Below, piece by piece: positions 25,964 through 32,000 of a stretch of 32,000 nt of DNA (its first letter is position 1; each line of letters starts with the position of its first letter). Source of the stretch: Candidatus Methylomirabilis oxygeniifera (GTDB lineage Bacteria > Methylomirabilota > Methylomirabilia > Methylomirabilales > Methylomirabilaceae); assembly GCA_000091165.1 (NCBI GenBank), contig FP565575.1:2220001-2252000 (forward strand), written 5' to 3'. The position numbers were made by a program, and so were the translations under genes. The notes under the pieces were generated by a model. The model made no database searches, was not told the DNA's origin, and saw only the letters and a list, made by a program, of their open reading frames with translations.

Positions 25964-27273
25964 GTCTTATTGAGCTCGGCAAAGGCCTGATCGAGGATAG
26001 CCAGACCTTCCAATGCCTGCTGTTCAGTGATGATGAGAGGCGGGTTGATCCGGATGTTGTAGGAATAGCACATGGCCAGCAGCCCCCGTTTGAGGCAGCT
26101 CTGAAACAGCTTCTGGGTGAGAGATTTCGGAAGCGGCTCCTTGGTCTGCCTGTCCTTGACCAGTTCTATGCCAAGTAAGAGCCCTCGACCACGCACATCG
26201 CCGATAAACGGGTATTTCTCCTTCATTGCTTCCAGTTGCTTCAGCATGACCGCGCCGACACGCTTGGCATTCGCGACAAGCCGTTCCTTCAAGATGACCT
26301 CGAGGGCAGCGAGTCCGGCTGTTGCGGCAAGCGGATTGCCTCCATAGCTTGAGGAACTTCCGCTCGGATTGCTGAAGGGTTTGTTCGCCATCAGTTCCTG
26401 TGTCGAGATCACCCCGCTGACCGGGAACCCGCCGCCCATTCCCTTTCCCACTGTCATCACGTCCGGCACCATCGGCTCGTGATCGCACCCCCACATCGAA
26501 CCGGTGCGGCCGAAGCCCGTCAGCATCTCATCGGCAATCAATAGGGCACCGCACTCCTTGGCAATCGTCTGCACCGCGCTCAAGAATCCTGGGGGCGGAA
26601 TGACGTTTCCGGCAGTCCCCTGAATCGGCTCCACGATGATCGCAGCGATCTCACCCTGGGTCTGATAGCGGATCACCTCGCGCAAGAAGTCCGCACAGGC
26701 AAGACCGCAATCGGGATAGCGAAGCTTCAAGGGACAGCGATAGCAGTTGGCGTATGGGGCGCTGTAGAGGCCGGGTACGAACGGTCCCAACTGCTTCTTA
26801 AAATCATCCCCCAGCAGCCCCAGGACCCCGCCTGTCTTACCATGAAACGCGCCCCAAAACCCGACGAACTCGAACTTCTTCGTGGCCGACTTGGCCAGTC
26901 GGAAGGCAGCCTCGACCGCCTCCGCCCCACCGGAAAACATCTGGATCCGCTTCAGCCGTCCCGGTGTGATCGATGCCAGCAGCGTGAGAAACCGGGCCCG
27001 GTTTTCGGTGGTGAAGCTGCCGAACGTCAGCCGTTCGATCTGGGCCTTCATGGCCTCGACATAGTGCGGGTGCGTATACCCGATACTCCCCACACCGATT
27101 CCGGCCATGAAATCGAGGTATCGGTTGCCGTCCTCATCGGTCAGGGTACACCCTTCCCCTCTCGCCATCGCCAACCCGGAATACAGCGCTATCGACTGTA
27201 GGCCCGGCGCCATATGGCGTTGCTCGCGGGCAACAATCGCCTTCGACCGTTTTCCAGGAATGTGTCGCTTCAT
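25948..27273 (-). CDS. Class III PLP-dependent aminotransferase (4-aminobutyrate-type)
   Basis: MFSGGAEAVEAAFRLAKSAT, GAFHGKT, IIVEPIQGTAGN, LLIADEMLTGFGRTG, DVMTVGKGMGGGFPVSG. Start at 27273 overlaps the upstream TGA and has a GGAGG-type RBS. Confidence 0.95.
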   Translation of the reverse strand: MKRHIPGKRSKAIVAREQRHMAPGLQSIALYSGLAMARGEGCTLTDEDGNRYLDFMAGIGVGSIGYTHPHYVEAMKAQIERLTFGSFTTENRARFLTLLASITPGRLKRIQMFSGGAEAVEAAFRLAKSATKKFEFVGFWGAFHGKTGGVLGLLGDDFKKQLGPFVPGLYSAPYANCYRCPLKLRYPDCGLACADFLREVIRYQTQGEIAAIIVEPIQGTAGNVIPPPGFLSAVQTIAKECGALLIADEMLTGFGRTGSMWGCDHEPMVPDVMTVGKGMGGGFPVSGVISTQELMANKPFSNPSGSSSSYGGNPLAATAGLAALEVILKERLVANAKRVGAVMLKQLEAMKEKYPFIGDVRGRGLLLGIELVKDRQTKEPLPKSLTQKLFQSCLKRGLLAMCYSYNIRINPPLIITEQQALEGLAILDQAFAELNKTGYRG

Positions 27274-28157
27274 TGGAGCGCTCCCCTCCTTACGCGATGC
27301 AGCAGCCATGTGGCGATCCGGGAAGCAGCCTCCTCGCGAAACAACGCAAACGACGGCCAGGCATTGATGTCGATGAGGAATATCTCCCCGCGAGGCGTGA
27401 CGATGGCATCGCCTCCATACACCTCCAGACTAAGGGCTAGTGCCGCACGCTGGGTAATGGCCTGCAAGGCCTCTTCAGAAAATGGGTACCTGTTGAGCTC
27501 CTGGTCTCGATGGTAGAACCAGCGAAACCATCGCTCCTGCCGATTCTCACAGTCTGGTCCGCCTACCCCGTAAAACTTGATCAGATCTCCAGGAACGTGT
27601 CGCTGCAGAACGGCACGAGCAATCCCCCTGGTGTTGAGCGCGACTAGCCTGTCCTGCAACTCCTCTGAAGATCGTATCAATTCAACATCCCCCGTTTGGG
27701 TATTGTGCACGTCGGCCCGCTTAACCCAGATCGGGAAGAGGTCCGGCCAACGCTCGATCGGCGACGGATCCCGCTCGGATGGGTTGCACGAAATGACCTG
27801 ACTCTCCGGGATCGGAGTTCCTGATGCGGTCAGCAGGGTGATCATCCGATCTCGATAGGTGTTCAGGACAGCCTCCAAAGGATTGACGTGCGGGATACCT
27901 CTCATCTCCAGCGGCCCAAGTACGCGAAGGGCCTCCAGCCGCTCGCACATCAGGAACACGAGCGACGGCAAAGGGTCTGCCATGAGTACGGCCCCTGGGT
28001 CGCCGGCCTCGCCGAGTTCGTCCGGCCCCTTGAGGCTGACCTGGTAGCCGGCCGCCTCGATATGCTTAGCGACGAGCCGCAGGATCTCCGTATCGTCGAA
28101 CTCCCGACCCGGCGAGTGTTGCCGTTCTCGAAATATCCCCAAAAGGTGTGGTATCAT
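27270..28157 (-). CDS. ATP-grasp-fold protein
   Basis: WVKRADVHNTQTGDVELI, AVLQRHVPGDLIKFYGVG, LEVYGGDAIVTPRGEIFLIDINAWPSFALFREEAASRIATWLL. Confidence 0.75.
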   Translation of the reverse strand: MIPHLLGIFRERQHSPGREFDDTEILRLVAKHIEAAGYQVSLKGPDELGEAGDPGAVLMADPLPSLVFLMCERLEALRVLGPLEMRGIPHVNPLEAVLNTYRDRMITLLTASGTPIPESQVISCNPSERDPSPIERWPDLFPIWVKRADVHNTQTGDVELIRSSEELQDRLVALNTRGIARAVLQRHVPGDLIKFYGVGGPDCENRQERWFRWFYHRDQELNRYPFSEEALQAITQRAALALSLEVYGGDAIVTPRGEIFLIDINAWPSFALFREEAASRIATWLLHRVRRGALQ

Positions 28158-28182
28158 CAAGCACTGCCTCCGCGCACAAAGC

Positions 28183-28268
28183 AGGGTTTAGGGTGTAGCG
28201 TGGCGGGTGGCGGGAAAAGCAAGGATTTTAGGACCATCCTTCTACCCGAACCCCTATACCCTACACCC
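28183..28268. repeat. Palindromic, 7-nt-periodic interspersed repeat
   Basis: AGGGTTTAGGGTGTAG (28183-28198) versus CTATACCCTACACCCT (28254-28269), with extra ACCCGAACCCC units. Contains the stop codon of the nucleotidyltransferase gene. Confidence 0.85.
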
Positions 28269-28970
28269 TTCTTTACGTAGAAGGGCTTCAGCCAATTGAA
28301 GGTCCTCGGCCCGATCGACATCGATGACCCGATCTATCACTACCCCATAGACCGGCTCCCCCTCGGTGACCAGCCACGTCAAAAAGTCACGAAGCCGGCC
28401 CAGCGTAGAAGGGTGGGGAGCCTGCGAAAAAATGGCGCCGGATACCAGATAGAGTCCGGCGGTCACCACATCACCCGAGGCGCCACCGATGGCCGTCACG
28501 CGCCCGGAAGGATCGAGGTTCACCCAGAGGGGCTTCTCGTCGGCTACGAACGGTGTAACGGCAAGGACGACAGAAGCTTGACGGCATGATATCGCTTGAT
28601 CGACAAATCGGTGAAACGCCGGCTCCGGACAGATCCAGTCCACAGTGGACATAAGAACACGGCCCGGACCGGATCGCCTGCCAACCTCCCAGAAGCTTTC
28701 ATACGACGAGCGTGTCGTTTTTACGATGCACTGAATATCAAGGCTCGGGAAACGCTCCCGGACAAATGTCGCGCACTCCCGATCGTCCTCGTTGAAGATG
28801 ATCCGTAGCTGCGTAATACCGGTCTTCACAAAATTGCTTACCACCCGCTCAATCAGCGGGATATCGGCAATGGGTACCATCGACTTCGGCATCCTCAAAC
28901 CGTCCCGTTTCAACCGGGACCCTTCCCCTGCCGCAATAATGCCCCCCGTTATGGTTGTGGGCGCGTTCAC
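28254..28970 (-). CDS. Sugar-phosphate/inositol-phosphate-type nucleotidyltransferase (NTP_transferase)
   Basis: GGIIAAGEGSRLKRDGLRMPKSMVPIADIPLIERVVSNFVKTGITQLRII. GTG start at 28970 overlaps the upstream TGA. Confidence 0.85.
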   Translation of the reverse strand: MNAPTTITGGIIAAGEGSRLKRDGLRMPKSMVPIADIPLIERVVSNFVKTGITQLRIIFNEDDRECATFVRERFPSLDIQCIVKTTRSSYESFWEVGRRSGPGRVLMSTVDWICPEPAFHRFVDQAISCRQASVVLAVTPFVADEKPLWVNLDPSGRVTAIGGASGDVVTAGLYLVSGAIFSQAPHPSTLGRLRDFLTWLVTEGEPVYGVVIDRVIDVDRAEDLQLAEALLRKEGCRV

Positions 28971-29659
28971 AGGAGTATCTCTCGAAGATCCGCGAAGGAC
29001 TTGATCGCAAGGTCATCGGGGCAGCAGGGCGCAAGAGGGCCGGAGTGGTCTGAGACCAGCCAGATATGGGGCATCCCCAGACCCTTCGCCCCCTTCATAT
29101 CTCGAGGCAACGAGTCTCCGACGAATATCGCCTCTTGCGGGTCCAGTTGCAACGCCGTCAGCGCAACCTGGAAGATTCTTGGGTCCGGTTTGGTGAACCC
29201 GACGCAGGCCGAGTCGACCATGACGCTCATCAATGAGGCGACTCCTGTCTCGATGCAGACCTGTTCAAGATTTCCGTAGAAGTTCGAGACGATGCCGAGC
29301 CGAAATCGCGCCGACAGCTCGCGCAGTGTCTCAAGATTGGCGCGAATCTTATCCAACGAGTCCTGCATAAACCGGTCGCACAGACGCGACGCCAATTCCG
29401 GATCAGCAATATTCAATGCGTCCAGCACGCCGGTGGCCAGGAGCAAGACGCTCTCCTGAAACGAGCAGCCTGAAAGCCTCCGCGCCACCAGTGCATCATC
29501 GGCAGCATAGAACGCCCGATCGTATCGATCCCGGCCTACCCTCACATATTCCGCGAGGTAGAGCGGATAGAATCTGTCTTTCCAGGGGATTCCATCGGCA
29601 TCAAGGGTGCCTCCGAAGTCGAGCAGGACCGCCTTCGTCGAGCTGTGGACGGCCATCAT
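28967..29659 (-). CDS. HAD-superfamily hydrolase
   Basis: AVLLDFGGTLDADG, RLGIVSNFYG, GFTKPDPRIFQVALTAL, AIFVGDSLPRDMKGAKGLGM. Confidence 0.93.
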   Translation of the reverse strand: MMAVHSSTKAVLLDFGGTLDADGIPWKDRFYPLYLAEYVRVGRDRYDRAFYAADDALVARRLSGCSFQESVLLLATGVLDALNIADPELASRLCDRFMQDSLDKIRANLETLRELSARFRLGIVSNFYGNLEQVCIETGVASLMSVMVDSACVGFTKPDPRIFQVALTALQLDPQEAIFVGDSLPRDMKGAKGLGMPHIWLVSDHSGPLAPCCPDDLAIKSFADLREILL

Positions 29660-30672
29660 CCCGCAACCTCCCCCGGCGCTCTCCCGATTCCCAGCTTTAT
29701 TGCAAGCAGGATGAGCAGGCCGGGAATAGCCCATGTCACCTCTCTTCCCCGGCGAATAATACTATAGACGGCGCCCTGCGCAGCGGGCAACCCCAAGACT
29801 GAGAAGACCGCGACTCGCACTGTTTCAGCGCTTCCGACCCGCCCCGGGATAAAGAAGATGATCGTATTCAGCGTCATTGCCAGACTTTCTACCGCCACTG
29901 CCGTCCCAAGGCTCGGCTCTGCCGACAGTAACTGCAGTACGACGTACGTCTCGAGCAGACCTCCACACCAGCCCAGCAAACAGAAAAACGTCGCCCAGTA
30001 GAATACCGGCATACGGGTCTTATAGAAGAGTGCAAGCCACCGATCCAACGACGCAGTAGCATGCCATTCGGGCTTGATCTGCTCCGGCTTGATCCCGATT
30101 TTTACCAACCCGCGGATCAATGCCCCGAAGGCTCGCCTCTTCAGTGCCCAGAAGGCGGCCACAACGACGGCCCCCATCCCCGCCGGCAGTGCAAGCGCGG
30201 CAACCCACAGTCCCGTAGGAAGCGCGAACTGGGCCACAGCAATACTCAGACCCAGGCTGAGGAATAAGACCTGCGCCACGATTTCCGCATGCTTGTGGAC
30301 CATGATCGAGGTCACCGACCGGCTGAATCCGACCGACCTGCTGAGCAGATGGGCCTTAACAGGTTCTCCGGCCAGGTTGGCAGGCGGCACAAAATAGTTG
30401 ATAGAATCTCCAACAAGATAGACGCCGAACATCCGCCAATATCCGATCCGTCTGGCCCTCGAGCCGATCACGACCCACCATCCGGCCATGAAGGCCATCT
30501 GCGCAAAGAGGTACAGGACAACCAACAGAAAGAACCATTTCCCGATCACCGCGATATTCGCCCGAATCGCGGGCCACCCGATCTTCCCGCATAGCCAGAC
30601 GATTCCGACAAGCCCGGTAAGGATGAGCAGGGATCGCAGTGCAGGCTTCAGCCGTTGCAGGCTGCTTGTCAT
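29656..30672 (-). CDS. Lysylphosphatidylglycerol synthase TM region / UPF0104 family membrane protein (HpnL-like)
   Basis: Polytopic; INYFVPPANLAGEPVKAHLL, IMVHKHAEIVAQVLFL, NTIIFFIPGRVGSAETVRVAVFSVLGLPAAQGAVYSIIRRGREVTWAIPGL. ATGA overlap with the HAD gene. Confidence 0.85.
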   Translation of the reverse strand: MTSSLQRLKPALRSLLILTGLVGIVWLCGKIGWPAIRANIAVIGKWFFLLVVLYLFAQMAFMAGWWVVIGSRARRIGYWRMFGVYLVGDSINYFVPPANLAGEPVKAHLLSRSVGFSRSVTSIMVHKHAEIVAQVLFLSLGLSIAVAQFALPTGLWVAALALPAGMGAVVVAAFWALKRRAFGALIRGLVKIGIKPEQIKPEWHATASLDRWLALFYKTRMPVFYWATFFCLLGWCGGLLETYVVLQLLSAEPSLGTAVAVESLAMTLNTIIFFIPGRVGSAETVRVAVFSVLGLPAAQGAVYSIIRRGREVTWAIPGLLILLAIKLGIGRAPGEVAG

Positions 30673-30712
30673 CGGGGGTACTGTAGTTGCAGGATATTCA
30701 CGCGTACACCGC

Positions 30713-32000
30713 TTACAGTTGCTCCATGAAGGCGGCAATCTCATCGAGCTTCACATTGCGTACGACGATCTCAGGCGTATAGATAACCTCGTCTGCCGCC
30801 CAGACCAAGGTCCCCTTGACCTCCTTGCCGACCGCGACAATGTGAGAGAGGATCGAGTGGATATTGTCGTTGATTCGCACCGTGTTCGGTTTCAGCGGCG
30901 CTGCGATCCGCCCGTCCTTGATAATGTACGAGTCGCCGACGACGGTGCAGGTGAAGTCACCCTCCCGCAGCCCATTGATGGGATACGTATACCAGATCCG
31001 ACCGATCAGCAGACCGTCTTTGACGGTGGCGATCAACTCCTCGAGGCTCTGGTCCCCACCCTGTACGACAGCGTTGGTGGAGGCAATACCGGGCTGGACA
31101 CCGAACTGCCGGCCGCCCCCTGCCCAGAACCGAAAACCGTTTCGCGGCACGATGGCGCTGCCGTACTGATTCGGGTCTGCCCCCAGTTTCTCGGTACTCC
31201 TGGGATCTTTGACGATCCGCTGATGCTCGTAATAGTTCGCTAACAGCCCGACCAGCTTACCCCGCTGGATCAGCCGTGTTTTCCCGGTTGGTAGTCCTTC
31301 GCAGGTGATCCCCTTGCTGCCCATCAGCCCGCGCTGCGCACCGTGATCGTACAGCGTCAACTGCTTCGACGCAACGCGCTTGCCGAGTCGTCCCATGAAC
31401 GCGGAGCTGTCGCTGTAAAAGTTGCCGAGGCTGAGGGAGGGCAGGATCAGATTATTCAGGAGGTCGGCTACTGGTTGACGTCCAAAGATGACCGTATACT
31501 CCCCACCCTTGATCCGCTCCCCGCCAATCGCCGCAAGGGCGTTCTGTGCGGCCTCTACACCGGCGTCGTCAGTAAACTGATCCAGGCGGGTACCGGCAGA
31601 ACAGCCGCTGCCCTTGGAAGCTTTGGCCTCCACCATAGCGGTAATGAAGGCCATGATCAGCGTTGATTCGTCGGTCTGGACCTCCGGCATGGCCGTTGAG
31701 GCGATAGCAATTCGCTCCTGCTGGATGGTCACGTCGCCGCCGACGATGAGGCCCAACTCCCTGATCCGCGTCTCGTCGCCCGCCAGCTCCTGTAGTCTGG
31801 GAGAGTTGAGAAACGTCTTCAGGCTCCCTCGCAACACCCGCCAGCCGACCTCCACCAACTCCTCATCCCGGATCTTCATGAGTTTCGGATCATGGTAGCG
31901 ACGGAGCCTTCTCCGCTCACCCGTGGGTCTCGGCAGCGACGAGAATTCAGGATCGGCAACAGCGCCGCGCCTGGCCTTCTCAAGGGCCCTTTTGACCCCC
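30713..32000 (-). CDS. TldD/PmbA-family protein (5' end beyond the right edge)
   Basis: Frame stays open upstream of the called ATG (31879) to the window edge, reading GVKRALEKARRGAVADPEFSSLPRPTGERRRLRRYHDPKLMKIRDEELVEVGW. TldD/PmbA-like C-terminus VKGTLVWAADEVIYTPEIVVRNVKLDEIAAFMEQL; also EAKASKGSGCSAGTRLDQF and GTL/IVVRNV elements. Confidence 0.7.
   Translation of the reverse strand, partial: GVKRALEKARRGAVADPEFSSLPRPTGERRRLRRYHDPKLMKIRDEELVEVGWRVLRGSLKTFLNSPRLQELAGDETRIRELGLIVGGDVTIQQERIAIASTAMPEVQTDESTLIMAFITAMVEAKASKGSGCSAGTRLDQFTDDAGVEAAQNALAAIGGERIKGGEYTVIFGRQPVADLLNNLILPSLSLGNFYSDSSAFMGRLGKRVASKQLTLYDHGAQRGLMGSKGITCEGLPTGKTRLIQRGKLVGLLANYYEHQRIVKDPRSTEKLGADPNQYGSAIVPRNGFRFWAGGGRQFGVQPGIASTNAVVQGGDQSLEELIATVKDGLLIGRIWYTYPINGLREGDFTCTVVGDSYIIKDGRIAAPLKPNTVRINDNIHSILSHIVAVGKEVKGTLVWAADEVIYTPEIVVRNVKLDEIAAFMEQL

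Noticed and set aside
25879-28268. CRISPR-like array from repeated AGGGT/ACCCT motifs
   Set aside because: Units are ~7 nt with no regular spacers and no cas genes; these are short palindromic interspersed repeats.
29656-30594. Several plus-strand ORFs (29877-30059, 30061-30267, 30289-30594)
   Set aside because: Shadow ORFs antisense to a well-supported polytopic membrane protein.
31879-31879. Start codon of the TldD/PmbA-like gene at 31879
   Set aside because: The frame stays open to the window edge and encodes plausible protein (GVKRALEKARRGAVADPEFSSLP...), so this ATG is probably internal to a truncated gene.

Overview
Gene-dense, GC-rich bacterial chromosomal window. The mix of hopanoid, redox and C1-type neighbours is loosely compatible with an NC10/Methylomirabilis-like organism, but that is a low-confidence inference. 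Left part: a SudAB/NfnAB-like flavin/Fe-S oxidoreductase pair on the minus strand whose alpha-type subunit carries an extra N-terminal HEAT-like domain; a methyltransferase; a YbjQ-like protein; and an outer-membrane protein + orphan ABC substrate-binding protein + sensor kinase + single-domain receiver + NtrC-type activator cassette. About 190 bp after the activator is a full-consensus sigma54 promoter (TGGCAC-N5-TTGCT) with no gene directly behind it, followed ~70 nt later by a perfect 12-bp hairpin: a candidate sigma54-controlled small RNA. Middle: nadA-nadC-nadB, a zinc-type alcohol dehydrogenase, a glycerophosphodiester phosphodiesterase, an acyl-CoA synthetase, and an HpnN-like RND exporter with an HpnM/MlaC-like protein. 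Right part: a tightly coupled minus-strand cluster. It encodes an Ino1-type inositol-phosphate synthase, a fusion of a degenerate nucleotidyltransferase and a CDP-alcohol phosphotransferase, a Gfo/Idh oxidoreductase, a class III aminotransferase, an ATP-grasp enzyme with ITPK-like C-terminal motif, a canonical sugar-phosphate-type nucleotidyltransferase, a HAD phosphatase, a UPF0104/HpnL-like flippase-like membrane protein and a TldD/PmbA protein. This looks like an uncharacterised (amino)cyclitol-phosphate or lipid head-group pathway. Interspersed palindromic, mostly 7-nt-periodic repeats overlap the 3' ends and stop codons of four genes in this cluster and also sit in frame inside the sensor kinase.
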